The notes beneath the pieces were generated by a model. The model was not told where the DNA came from. It did no database searches and worked only from the letters and a program-made list of their open reading frames with translations. A DNA stretch of 64,000 nt. It comes from an uncultured Alphaproteobacteria bacterium. Lineage in GTDB: Bacteria; Pseudomonadota; Alphaproteobacteria; HIMB59; GCA-002718135. Made by a program: the position numbers and the translations under genes. The stretch is taken from contig CACOPD010000002.1 of the NCBI GenBank assembly GCA_902628835.1, forward strand, positions 16,218 to 80,217, read 5' to 3'. Positions 51,609 through 60,138 of the stretch are shown here, one piece after another (positions within the stretch are counted from its first letter, which is position 1; the number at the start of each line of letters is the position of its first letter).

Positions 51609-54354
51609 AAACAAAATTAAATTTTACTTAAATGATAAAAAAGTTGAGGCTCTTCAAGATGAAACAATTTGGCAAGTTGCTAATAGGCTTGGGACTGAAA
51701 TACCACATTTATGTTATGCGAATAAACCAGGTTACAGAGCTGATGGTAATTGTAGAGCTTGTATGGTTGAAATCGAGGGAGAAAGAGTATTAGCAGCTTC
51801 ATGTATTAGAAAACCTTCTAATGAAATGAAGGTAAATACTTCATCTGAGAAAGCAAAAAAATCTAGAGAGTTAGTTTTTGAACTACTTTTATCAGATCAG
51901 CCCGAAAGAGATATTTCGCATGATAATGATTCAAAATTTTGGAATTGGATAGATAAAGTAGAAGTTAAAGAAAGTAGATTCCCAAAAAAAACTCCCTGCC
52001 AATCTGATACTTCACACCCAAGCATGGCCGTTAATTTAGATGCATGTATTCAATGCAACCTGTGTGTGAGAGCTTGCAGAGAAGTTCAAGTTAATGATGT
52101 TATTGGCATGGCATATAGAGGAGAAAATTCAAAAATTGTTTTTGATTTTGATGATCCAATGGGTGATAGCACTTGTGTTGCTTGTGGTGAATGTGTTCAA
52201 GCCTGTCCGACTGGTGCACTTATGCCAGCCTCAGTTGTTGATAAAGATGGTGTTGGTCACAGTCATGTAGATAAAAAAGTTAACAGTGTGTGTCCATATT
52301 GTGGTGTCGGATGTCAAATTGAATACAATGTTAAAGATAATAAAATAAAATATGTAAATGGTATTGATGGTCCAGCTAATAAAAATAGATTGTGTGTCAA
52401 AGGCAGGTTTGGTTTTGATTATGTCAATAATCCTGAAAGACTTACAAAGCCATTAATAAGGATTAAAGGTAAGAAGAAAGACCTACATCCAAGTATAAAT
52501 TTTTCTAATATTCATGAATATTTTAGAGAAGCTAGTTGGGAAGAAGCAATAGATTTTGCAGCTGAAGGTTTTCTTGACTTAAAAAAGAAAAGAAATGGAA
52601 AAAGCAATTTAGCTGGTTTTGGATCAGCAAAGTGTTCTAATGAGGAAGCTTATTTATTTCAAAAACTTATAAGAACTGGTTTTAATACAAATAATGTTGA
52701 TCATTGCACCCGTCTGTGTCACGCATCATCTGTTGCTGCTTTATTAGAAACTATTGGTTCAGGAGCTGTCACAGCGCCTTTTTATGAGGTTGAACACTCA
52801 GATGTAATTATAGTGATTGGAGCTAATCCAACTGAGAATCATCCAGTTGCCGCAACATTTTTTAAAAATGCTGCAAAAAAGGGATCTAAATTAATTGTAA
52901 TGGATCCAAGAGGCCATGCATTGAAAAAACATGCAACTCATATGTTGCAATTTAAACCAGGATCTGATGTGGCCCTACTTAATTCAATTATGAATGTCAT
53001 AATTGAAGAAAATTTATTTAATACAGAATATATAAAAAAACAAACTGAAGGCTTTGATAAACTAAAAAAACATTTAAAAAATTATTCACCTGATATTATG
53101 GAAAATGAAACGGGTATATCAGCAGATTTAATTCGAGAAGTTGCAAGACTATATGCAAATACTGATAAAGGAATAATATTTTGGGGTATGGGAGTTTCTC
53201 AGCATGTACATGGAACTGATAATGCAAGATGTTTAATATCCTTAGCATTAATGACAGGTAATGTTGGTAAAAGGGGCTCAGGTTTGCATCCTTTAAGAGG
53301 ACAAAATAATGTTCAAGGTGCATCTGATGCAGGTTTAATACCTATGATGTACCCAGATTATCAATTAGTAGAAAAAAATAACAACAAAGATTTTTTTGAA
53401 AAATTTTGGAATGCCCCTTTGGATCATAAGAAAGGGCTAACAGTAGTAGAAATTATGGATGCGATCCATGAAAAGACAATAAAAGGGATGTATATCTTAG
53501 GTGAAAATCCTGCAATGTCTGATCCTGATCTTAATCATGCAAGAGAGGCATTGCAGATGTTAGATCATTTAGTTGTTCAAGATATTTTTCTCACAGAAAC
53601 TGCTACCTACGCTGATGTTATTTTTCCCGCTTCTGCTTGGCCTGAAAAGAATGGAACAGCAACTAATACAAATAGGCAAGTGCAAATGGGAAGAAAAGCA
53701 ATCGATGCTCCAGGTAATGCTAAAGAAGATTGGTGGATTACTAATGAATTAGGTAAGAAAATGGGTTTAGATTGGAACTATAATCACCCAAAAGAAATTT
53801 ATGAAGAAATGAGCTTAACAATGCCATCTTTAAATAATATTTCATGGGACAGACTTGATATTGAAAACTCAGTCACCTATCCTAGCAAATCACCAACTAC
53901 ACCTGGAGAAGAAATAGTATTTGGTGATAAATTTCCGAATGAAACAGGGAAAGGAAAGTTTGTTCCAGCAAGTGTTACTTCACCAAATGAAATGCCTGAC
54001 GAAGATTTTGGATTAATTTTAACTACAGGCAGACAATTAGAACATTGGCATACTGGAGCTATGACAAGAAAAGCTTCAAATTTGGATGCTATTGAACCAG
54101 AGCCATCAGTATCAATATCTCCTAACGACATTTTAAAGAATGATATGAAACCAGGTGATAAAATAAAAGTTTCAACTAGAAGAGGATCTTTAGACATTAG
54201 AATTAGGCAAGACAGAGCTATACCTGAAGGCGTTATATTTATTCCTTTTTGTTACAACGAAGCTGCAGCAAATCTATTAACTAATCCAGCTCTAGATCCA
54301 TATGGAAAAATTCCTGAATTTAAATATTGTGCAGCAAAAATTGAAAAGTTATAA
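51601..54354 (+). CDS. fdsA: NAD-dependent formate dehydrogenase alpha subunit (Mo/W-bis-PGD, Cys type)
   Basis: Fe-S motifs CRACMVEIEG, CIQCNLCVRACRE, CVACGECVQACPTG and CPYCGVGC are present. The metal-ligand region HCTRLCHASS has Cys, not a TGA codon. The ATG at 51601 overlaps the fdsB stop (ATGAGTAA). Confidence 0.9.
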   Translation: MSKNKIKFYLNDKKVEALQDETIWQVANRLGTEIPHLCYANKPGYRADGNCRACMVEIEGERVLAASCIRKPSNEMKVNTSSEKAKKSRELVFELLLSDQPERDISHDNDSKFWNWIDKVEVKESRFPKKTPCQSDTSHPSMAVNLDACIQCNLCVRACREVQVNDVIGMAYRGENSKIVFDFDDPMGDSTCVACGECVQACPTGALMPASVVDKDGVGHSHVDKKVNSVCPYCGVGCQIEYNVKDNKIKYVNGIDGPANKNRLCVKGRFGFDYVNNPERLTKPLIRIKGKKKDLHPSINFSNIHEYFREASWEEAIDFAAEGFLDLKKKRNGKSNLAGFGSAKCSNEEAYLFQKLIRTGFNTNNVDHCTRLCHASSVAALLETIGSGAVTAPFYEVEHSDVIIVIGANPTENHPVAATFFKNAAKKGSKLIVMDPRGHALKKHATHMLQFKPGSDVALLNSIMNVIIEENLFNTEYIKKQTEGFDKLKKHLKNYSPDIMENETGISADLIREVARLYANTDKGIIFWGMGVSQHVHGTDNARCLISLALMTGNVGKRGSGLHPLRGQNNVQGASDAGLIPMMYPDYQLVEKNNNKDFFEKFWNAPLDHKKGLTVVEIMDAIHEKTIKGMYILGENPAMSDPDLNHAREALQMLDHLVVQDIFLTETATYADVIFPASAWPEKNGTATNTNRQVQMGRKAIDAPGNAKEDWWITNELGKKMGLDWNYNHPKEIYEEMSLTMPSLNNISWDRLDIENSVTYPSKSPTTPGEEIVFGDKFPNETGKGKFVPASVTSPNEMPDEDFGLILTTGRQLEHWHTGAMTRKASNLDAIEPEPSVSISPNDILKNDMKPGDKIKVSTRRGSLDIRIRQDRAIPEGVIFIPFCYNEAAANLLTNPALDPYGKIPEFKYCAAKIEKL

Positions 54355-54361
54355 ATATTAT

Positions 54362-54484
54362 ATGATTAAAAAAACTTTAATAATTTTATTTCTTGTATTT
54401 AGTCCAATCACAGCTTGCTCTACATTAAGCGAAATAAATGAAAGAGTAAAAGGTGATGGAGTTCCTTATATTCCTGGAATTTAA
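54362..54484 (+). CDS. Putative small lipoprotein (40 aa)
   Basis: MIKKTLIILFLVFSPITAC has a signal peptide with an ITAC lipobox. The gene starts 7 nt after the fdsA stop. It is short, so the coding call is uncertain. Confidence 0.35.
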   Translation: MIKKTLIILFLVFSPITACSTLSEINERVKGDGVPYIPGI

Positions 54485-54533
54485 TTTATAAAATTCTTGT
54501 CGAATTTATAATTTAATATAAATGCATTTTTGT

Positions 54534-54609
<76 letters not shown>

Positions 54610-54621
54610 CTTCAAATATAT

Positions 54622-55383
54622 TTAGCTTAAAAAGAATTGATACAAAGCAATTGATGTTGCATTGGAAACATTCAAACTATCAATTTCAAATTTTAAATTA
54701 TTTTTCATATTAATTTGGATTATTTCATCACAATCTTTTTTTACCAATTCTCTTATACCTTTACCCTCTGACCCAAAAACTAATACTGATTTTTCAGAAA
54801 AATTTAATTTTGAATCTTTACTTGCTGAACTATCAAAGCCATAGATCCAATAATTATTTTTTTTTAGGAAAGAAATTGCTCTTCTAATATTTGTTACTCT
54901 TAAATAATTTACTATTTCTGCAGCGCCAGATGCTGATTTATATAGTGATGAAGTTAATTCTGGCGAGTTATCTTTTCCAACTATAATTCCTGCACAATCA
55001 AATAATGCACATGATCTCATTATTGAACCAATATTTTGAGGATCAGTTACTTGATCTAAAATTAATATTACTGATTTAGTTTTTTTGCTTTCTGTTTTTA
55101 CAAACTCTTCTAAGCTAGGCCTAGAAAAATCTTTTGTTTTAAGAACTACTCCCTGTGTTGTATTCTCATTTCCAAATCTTCTTATGAATTCATTTTGGGG
55201 AATGATTGTAATTTTTTGTATTTTAGATTCATATATTTTGGCTAGATTAATCTGATTTTTACTAATTATTAGCTCAATTTTCTCTCTTTTATCATTTTCG
55301 ATGGCAGCTTTAACAGAATGTTGACCAAAAATTGTATGAATTCCGCGGTTTTTATTAGTTTTATTATCTCTAAACTTTCTCAT
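54622..55383 (-). CDS. rlmB: SpoU/TrmH family rRNA 2'-O-methyltransferase (RlmB-like)
   Basis: 253 aa with the motifs LDQVTDPQNIGSIMRS and VFGSEGKGIR. Confidence 0.8.
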   Translation of the reverse strand: MRKFRDNKTNKNRGIHTIFGQHSVKAAIENDKREKIELIISKNQINLAKIYESKIQKITIIPQNEFIRRFGNENTTQGVVLKTKDFSRPSLEEFVKTESKKTKSVILILDQVTDPQNIGSIMRSCALFDCAGIIVGKDNSPELTSSLYKSASGAAEIVNYLRVTNIRRAISFLKKNNYWIYGFDSSASKDSKLNFSEKSVLVFGSEGKGIRELVKKDCDEIIQINMKNNLKFEIDSLNVSNATSIALYQFFLS

Positions 55384-55508
55384 GATTTAATATCACAGAT
55401 TTGTCTAATTAATACAATCTAGATATGTACAAAATGTCATTTTTTGTCTAAAAGGCCGTTGCTTTTACGAGTATACGTATTTTGCAAAGGTGATGTTGCT
55501 GTTTTAGA

Positions 55509-55538
55509 TTGACATATATACTAATTTATTAGTATTGG
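55509..55538 (+). promoter_or_regulatory. Candidate sigma-70 promoter for the tRNA-Tyr / tRNA-Gly / tuf transcription unit
   Basis: A perfect -35 TTGACA lies at 55509-55514. A weak -10 candidate (TATTGG) follows 18 nt downstream, about 15 nt before tRNA-Tyr. This is a pattern match in AT-rich DNA only. Confidence 0.3.
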
Positions 55539-55553
55539 CCAATTTCTTCAAAC

Positions 55554-55639
55554 GGAGGGGTGGTCGAGTGGTTAAAGGCAGCGGACTGTAAATCCGCCCG
55601 CGTGAGCGTACGTAGGTTCGAATCCTACCCCCTCCACCA
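55554..55639 (+). tRNA. tRNA-Tyr (anticodon GUA)
   Basis: The acceptor is GGAGGGG/CCCCTCC and the anticodon arm is GCGGA-CTGTAAA-TCCGC. It has a long variable arm, the T loop TTCGAAT and an encoded CCA. Confidence 0.9.
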
Positions 55640-55697
55640 TTATGGAGGTAACTGGATGAAAGCATTAAAGTGAGTGTGTGAAGCAGTCAGTTTAGTT

Positions 55698-55771
55698 GCG
55701 GGTGTAGCTTAGTGGTAAAGCTCCAGCCTTCCAAGCTGGCTACGAGGGTTCGATTCCCTTCACCCGCTCCA
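55698..55771 (+). tRNA. tRNA-Gly (anticodon UCC)
   Basis: The acceptor is GCGGGTG/CACCCGC and the anticodon arm is CCAGC-CTTCCAA-GCTGG. It has the T loop TTCGATT and an encoded CCA. Confidence 0.9.
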
Positions 55772-55797
55772 TAACAAAATATTATTGGGGTAAAAAA

Positions 55798-56988
55798 ATG
55801 GCTAAAGCAAAATTCGAAAGAAATAAACCGCATTGTAACATAGGTACTGTCGGTCACGTTGACCACGGTAAAACAACATTAACTGCTGCTATAACAAAAA
55901 TATTAGCAGAATCAGGTGGAGCAGAATTTACAGATTACGCAAACATTGACAAAGCACCTGAAGAAAGAGAACGTGGTATTACAATATCTACTGCACACGT
56001 TGAATATGAAACTGAAGCAAGACATTATGCTCACGTGGATTGTCCTGGACACGCAGATTATGTTAAGAACATGATTACTGGTGCAGCTCAAATGGACGGT
56101 GGTATCTTAGTTGTTAACGCAGCAGACGGACCAATGCCTCAAACAAGAGAACACATACTTTTAGCTAGACAGGTAGGTGTACCTGCTCTTGTTGTATACA
56201 TGAACAAAGTTGATCAAGTTGATGACAAAGAACTTATTGATCTAGTTGAAATGGAAATTAGAGAACTTCTTACTTCATATGAATTCCCTGGTGATACTAT
56301 CCCAATCATTAAGGGTTCAGCTTTAGCAGCTCTTGAAGGTAGAGACGATGAGATTGGAAAAAATTCAATTATGGAATTAATGAAAGCAGTTGATGAACAT
56401 ATACCACAACCTAGCCGACCAGTAGATCAGCCTTTCTTAATGCCAGTTGAGGATGTATTTTCAATTTCTGGTAGAGGTACAGTTGTAACTGGAAGAATTG
56501 AGCAAGGTCAAGTTAAAGTCGGAGAGGAAATTGAAATCCTAGGAATAAGAGATCCTCAAAAAACTACTTGTACTGGAGTTGAAATGTTTAGAAAACTTCT
56601 AGACTCTGGTGAGGCTGGAGACAACGTTGGTGTTCTTCTTCGTGGAACAAAAAGAGAAGAAGTCGAACGTGGTCAAGTATTAGCTAAACCTGGTTCAATA
56701 AAACCTCATACTAAATTTAAAGCAGAAGCATATGTATTAAAAAAAGAAGAAGGTGGAAGACATACCCCATTCTTTTCAAACTACAGACCTCAATTCTACT
56801 TTAGAACAACCGATGTAACTGGAACAATTAAATTACCAGAAGGAACAGAAATGGTAATGCCTGGTGACAATATTGCTATGGAAGTTACACTTTTGTCTCC
56901 AATTGCAATGGATAAAGGTTTAAAATTCGCAATTAGAGAGGGTGGAAGAACAGTTGGCGCTGGAGTTGTTGCTGAAATTATTGAATAG
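55798..56988 (+). CDS. tuf: Elongation factor Tu
   Basis: 396 aa with [18 protein letters not shown] and NKVD. Confidence 0.98.
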   Translation: MAKAKFERNKPHCNIGTVGHVDHGKTTLTAAITKILAESGGAEFTDYANIDKAPEERERGITISTAHVEYETEARHYAHVDCPGHADYVKNMITGAAQMDGGILVVNAADGPMPQTREHILLARQVGVPALVVYMNKVDQVDDKELIDLVEMEIRELLTSYEFPGDTIPIIKGSALAALEGRDDEIGKNSIMELMKAVDEHIPQPSRPVDQPFLMPVEDVFSISGRGTVVTGRIEQGQVKVGEEIEILGIRDPQKTTCTGVEMFRKLLDSGEAGDNVGVLLRGTKREEVERGQVLAKPGSIKPHTKFKAEAYVLKKEEGGRHTPFFSNYRPQFYFRTTDVTGTIKLPEGTEMVMPGDNIAMEVTLLSPIAMDKGLKFAIREGGRTVGAGVVAEIIE

Positions 56989-57025
56989 TTTTAGAGACCG
57001 CACTATCAGTTAGCCAATACTTATT

Positions 57026-57101
57026 AGGAGTGTAGCTCAACTGGTAGAGCACCGGTCTCCAAAACCGGGGGCTGCGGGTTCAAGTCCTGCCACTCCTGCC
57101 A
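57026..57101 (+). tRNA. tRNA-Trp (anticodon CCA)
   Basis: The acceptor is AGGAGTG/CACTCCT and the anticodon arm is CCGGT-CTCCAAA-ACCGG. It has the T loop TTCAAGT and an encoded CCA. Confidence 0.9.
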
Positions 57102-57115
57102 AGAGAAATAAAAAT

Positions 57116-57331
57116 ATGAATATTGAAAAAAAGAAATTATCACCTGCTCTTTTTGTAAGACAAGTTAGACAAGAATTACAAAAAGTAACCTGGCCTCAAA
57201 GAAGAGACACTTTTATTTCTTCTGCAATAGTCATATTGTTAATAATATTATTTTCGTTGTTTTTTCTATTAACTGATCAAATATGGTCTTTTTCAATAAG
57301 AAAAATCATTGAAATAGGTTCTGGTTTTTAA
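57116..57331 (+). CDS. secE: Preprotein translocase subunit SecE
   Basis: 71 aa with FVRQVRQELQKVTWPQRRDT followed by a single TM helix. It lies in the conserved position before nusG. Confidence 0.8.
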   Translation: MNIEKKKLSPALFVRQVRQELQKVTWPQRRDTFISSAIVILLIILFSLFFLLTDQIWSFSIRKIIEIGSGF

Positions 57332-57864
57332 TGAATAAGGCAAGATGGTATGTTCTTCATGCTTATTCGGGGTATGAAAAAAAAGTTGCAGACAGTATTT
57401 TGGATCAAGCAACAAAACTTGGTGTTAAGGAACACATCGAAGAGATATCTGTCCCAGTTCAAAATATTGTCGAAGTTAAAAGAGGTGTAAGAGTAAATAC
57501 TGAAAGAAAAATCTTTCCAGGTTATATATTAATTAAAATGAACTTAAATGATGATACATGGCACATAATTAAAACCACACCTAAGTTGAGTGGTTTTTTA
57601 GGTAACAAAGGTAAGCCTGTTCCAATTAGCAACGCTGAAGCGAAAAGAATATCTGAACAAGTTATAGATGGTGTTGAGAAATCTAGACCTGCCATAATGT
57701 ATGATGTGGGTGAACAGGTTAAAGTAATTGATGGGCCTTTTGCTTCATTTAATGGAGAGGTCGAACAGATAGACGAAGATAAGGCTAGATTAAGAGTAGC
57801 TGTTTCAATTTTTGGCAGATCAACGCCTGTTGATTTAGAATACTCACAGGTAGAAAAGGTATAA
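57331..57864 (+). CDS. nusG: Transcription termination/antitermination protein NusG
   Basis: 177 aa with WYVLHAYSGYEKKV and a C-terminal KOW region (GEQVKVIDGPFASFNGEV). Confidence 0.95.
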   Translation: MNKARWYVLHAYSGYEKKVADSILDQATKLGVKEHIEEISVPVQNIVEVKRGVRVNTERKIFPGYILIKMNLNDDTWHIIKTTPKLSGFLGNKGKPVPISNAEAKRISEQVIDGVEKSRPAIMYDVGEQVKVIDGPFASFNGEVEQIDEDKARLRVAVSIFGRSTPVDLEYSQVEKV

Positions 57865-57867
57865 AAT

Positions 57868-58296
57868 ATGGCTAAAGAAATTCTAGGATTAATTAAACTA
57901 CAAATACCTGCTGGAGGAGCCAACCCCTCACCTCCTGTCGGTCCCGCACTTGGACAAAGAGGTCTTAACATAATGGATTTTTGTAAAGCTTTTAATGACA
58001 AAACTAAAGATTTAGAGAAAGGTGCACCAATTCCAGTTATTATTACAGCATATAAGGATAGAAGTTTTGATTTTACCACAAAATTACCACCTGTAAGTTA
58101 TTATCTAAAAAAGGCTGCAAAAATAAAAAAAGGAAACTCAACTCCAGGGAGATCATTAGTGGGTAAAGTCTCAATGCAAGATATTGAAAAAATTGCCAAA
58201 GAAAAAATGCAAGATTTAAATGCTATTGACCTTAATGGAGCAATGAACATGGTTAAAGGATCTGCTGTTTCAATGGGCATGGAGGTAGTAGGTTAA
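57868..58296 (+). CDS. rplK: 50S ribosomal protein L11
   Basis: 142 aa with [30 protein letters not shown]. Confidence 0.97.
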   Translation: MAKEILGLIKLQIPAGGANPSPPVGPALGQRGLNIMDFCKAFNDKTKDLEKGAPIPVIITAYKDRSFDFTTKLPPVSYYLKKAAKIKKGNSTPGRSLVGKVSMQDIEKIAKEKMQDLNAIDLNGAMNMVKGSAVSMGMEVVG

Positions 58297-58985
58297 TGAA
58301 AATAACAAAAAATAGAAAACAAATGTTAAATAATTTTGATACTACTAAAGTTTACGAACCATTAGAAGCAATTAAAATTTTAAAAGAAAAATCTTACGTA
58401 AAGTTTAATGAAACAATTGATATTTCAATTAATCTTGGAATAGATAGCAACAAAACTGATCAAAATATTAAGGGAGTCGTAATACTTCCAAAAGGATCTG
58501 GAAAAACTGTAAAGGTAGCAGTAATTGCAAGTGAAGACAAACATAACGATGCGAAAAGTAATGGTGCTGATTTAGTTGGAAATGATGATTTAATTGAAAC
58601 AATATCTAAATCAAAATTGGAATTTGATGTGCTAATAGCGACCCCAGATATGATGCCAAAATTAGGCAAGGTTGCAAAAATACTAGGTCCAAAAGGATTA
58701 ATGCCAAATCCTAAACTTGGAACGGTAACTAATGAAATTTCTCAATCAGTAAAAGACGCAAAATCAGGTCAAGTTAAGTTTAAAAATGATAAATCTGGAA
58801 TTGTTCATGCTGGTGTTGGTAAATTAGATTTTAGTGAAGAAGATCTATTAGAAAATATTAAAACATTTTATTCTTCAGTTATTAAAAGTAAGCCCGATGC
58901 CGTAAAGGGTTCTTTTATAAAAAAGGTTACCATAGCTTCAACTATGGGAGTTGGATTAAATATTAATCAAGCTAGCTTGCGTTAA
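58296..58985 (+). CDS. rplA: 50S ribosomal protein L1
   Basis: 229 aa, L1-like throughout (GVVILPKGSGKTVKVAV...LGPKGLMPNPKLGTVT). Confidence 0.95.
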   Translation: MKITKNRKQMLNNFDTTKVYEPLEAIKILKEKSYVKFNETIDISINLGIDSNKTDQNIKGVVILPKGSGKTVKVAVIASEDKHNDAKSNGADLVGNDDLIETISKSKLEFDVLIATPDMMPKLGKVAKILGPKGLMPNPKLGTVTNEISQSVKDAKSGQVKFKNDKSGIVHAGVGKLDFSEEDLLENIKTFYSSVIKSKPDAVKGSFIKKVTIASTMGVGLNINQASLR

Positions 58986-58989
58986 TTAA

Positions 58990-59168
58990 TCCAATAGATG
59001 ATCTTTGATCATCACCTGTCAAAGACTGCAGGAGCTTTAAGCTTAATTTCCTGCACAGACTGAAGCGAGTCATTGATTTGCTTCTTGACAGGCTTTAAAT
59101 TAGTTTGGTGGGCAAACTAATTTTAGCTAATATTGGATCTTTAGGGTCCAATTAAAACCGAGGTTGAC
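58990..59168 (+). promoter_or_regulatory. Structured rplJ 5' leader (ribosomal protein L10 leader-like autoregulatory element)
   Basis: A 183-nt untranslated gap in an otherwise gap-free operon, richer in GC than its neighbours. There are hairpins at 58997-59013 (GATGATC/GATCATC) and 59101-59119 (TAGTTTG/CAAACTA). A long-range pairing joins CCTGTCAA (59015-59022) to TTGACAGG (59085-59092). Confidence 0.55.
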
Positions 59169-59690
59169 GTGAAACGTTCTGAAAAAAAAGATTTTGTAAA
59201 TAATCTCAAAGACGATTTTTCAAATGCTACTTCTGTAATTGTGGCTGAATATTCTGGTCTTACAGTTAACGAAACTGAGCAGATTAGAAAAGAAATGAGA
59301 GATAATGGAGCAAAATTTAAAGTAACTAAGAACAGACTCACTAAACTTGCTATATCTGAAACTCAATTTAAAGATATTTCAGAACTTTTTAAGGGTCCAA
59401 CAGCAATTGCTTTTTCTGATGATGCTGTAGCACCAGCAAAAGTAGCCGTTAGTTTTGAAAAAAAATTTGAAAAGTTTAAAATTATTGGCGGAGGTTATAA
59501 TGGTGAGAAAATTGATAAAGAGAAAATTGATTTTCTAGCAAAATTACCTTCTTTAGATGAGTTAAGAGGAAAAATTTTAGGATTAATTAGTGCACCAGCT
59601 CAAAAAATTGCTTCAATTACACTTGAGCCAGGAGCGCAAATAGCAAGATTAATTAGTTCTAATAGTAGCAATCAACAAGAGTCGAACTAG
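59169..59690 (+). CDS. rplJ: 50S ribosomal protein L10
   Basis: 173 aa with a GTG start and VIVAEYSGLTVNE. It lies before rplL. Confidence 0.9.
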   Translation: MKRSEKKDFVNNLKDDFSNATSVIVAEYSGLTVNETEQIRKEMRDNGAKFKVTKNRLTKLAISETQFKDISELFKGPTAIAFSDDAVAPAKVAVSFEKKFEKFKIIGGGYNGEKIDKEKIDFLAKLPSLDELRGKILGLISAPAQKIASITLEPGAQIARLISSNSSNQQESN

Positions 59691-59708
59691 GTAAATAAGG
59701 AGAAATAA

Positions 59709-60086
59709 ATGGCTGATTTAAATAAAATTGTAGAAGATTTATCTTCCCTGACAGTTCTTGAGGCAGCTGAACTAAGTAAATTGTTAGAGGATAAATGGGG
59801 TGTATCCGCTGCTGCTCCTGTAGCAGTTGCAGCAGCTCCAGCTGCTGGCGGAGGAGAGGCCGCTGCAGAAGAGAAAACAGAATTTGATATTGAATTATCA
59901 GAAGCTGGATCAAATAAAATTGCCGTAATTAAAGAGGTTAGGACTATTACTGGTTTGGGCTTAAAAGAAGCCAAAGATCTAGTAGAAGGAGCTCCTAAGC
60001 CACTTAAGCAAGGCGTAAAAAAAGACGAAGCTGAAGAAATGAAAAAAGCATTAGAAGCAGCTGGTGCCAAAGTAACATTAAAATAA
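59709..60086 (+). CDS. rplL: 50S ribosomal protein L7/L12
   Basis: 125 aa with an Ala-rich hinge and [24 protein letters not shown]. Confidence 0.95.
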   Translation: MADLNKIVEDLSSLTVLEAAELSKLLEDKWGVSAAAPVAVAAAPAAGGGEAAAEEKTEFDIELSEAGSNKIAVIKEVRTITGLGLKEAKDLVEGAPKPLKQGVKKDEAEEMKKALEAAGAKVTLK

Positions 60087-60090
60087 ATTA

Positions 60091-60117
60091 TAGGCCTTAA
60101 TTAAGGCCTATATATTT
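60091..60117 (+). terminator. Hairpin between rplL and rpoB (attenuator/terminator-like)
   Basis: A perfect 20-nt palindrome TAGGCCTTAATTAAGGCCTA (60091-60110) is followed by TATATTT. In E. coli a partial terminator is known at the rplL-rpoB junction. Confidence 0.5.
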
Positions 60118-60138
60118 AAAAATATATGAAGGAGAGAA

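Noticed and set aside
52700-52740. Possible selenocysteine (in-frame TGA plus SECIS) at the FdsA active site.
   Set aside because: The ORF is uninterrupted, and the ligand position in HCTRLCHASS is encoded by a Cys codon. No in-frame TGA is present.
54491-54507. A weak hairpin AAATTC-TTGTC-GAATTT after the small lipoprotein ORF, considered as a terminator of the FDH operon.
   Set aside because: It has only a 6-bp all-weak stem with no clear U-tract, which is indistinguishable from background in AT-rich sequence.
57522-58079. A 185-aa minus-strand ORF spanning the nusG/rplK junction. Similar long antisense ORFs occur at 363-710, 23771-24073, 30294-30847, 53877-54197, 59659-59913 and 59687-60070.
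   Set aside because: Each lies fully antisense to a confidently identified, highly conserved gene. Their compositions are low-complexity mirror images of the sense gene; for example, the Ala/Ser-rich 59687-60070 ORF mirrors the Ala-rich L7/L12 hinge. None has a recognisable motif. I treat them as shadow ORFs.
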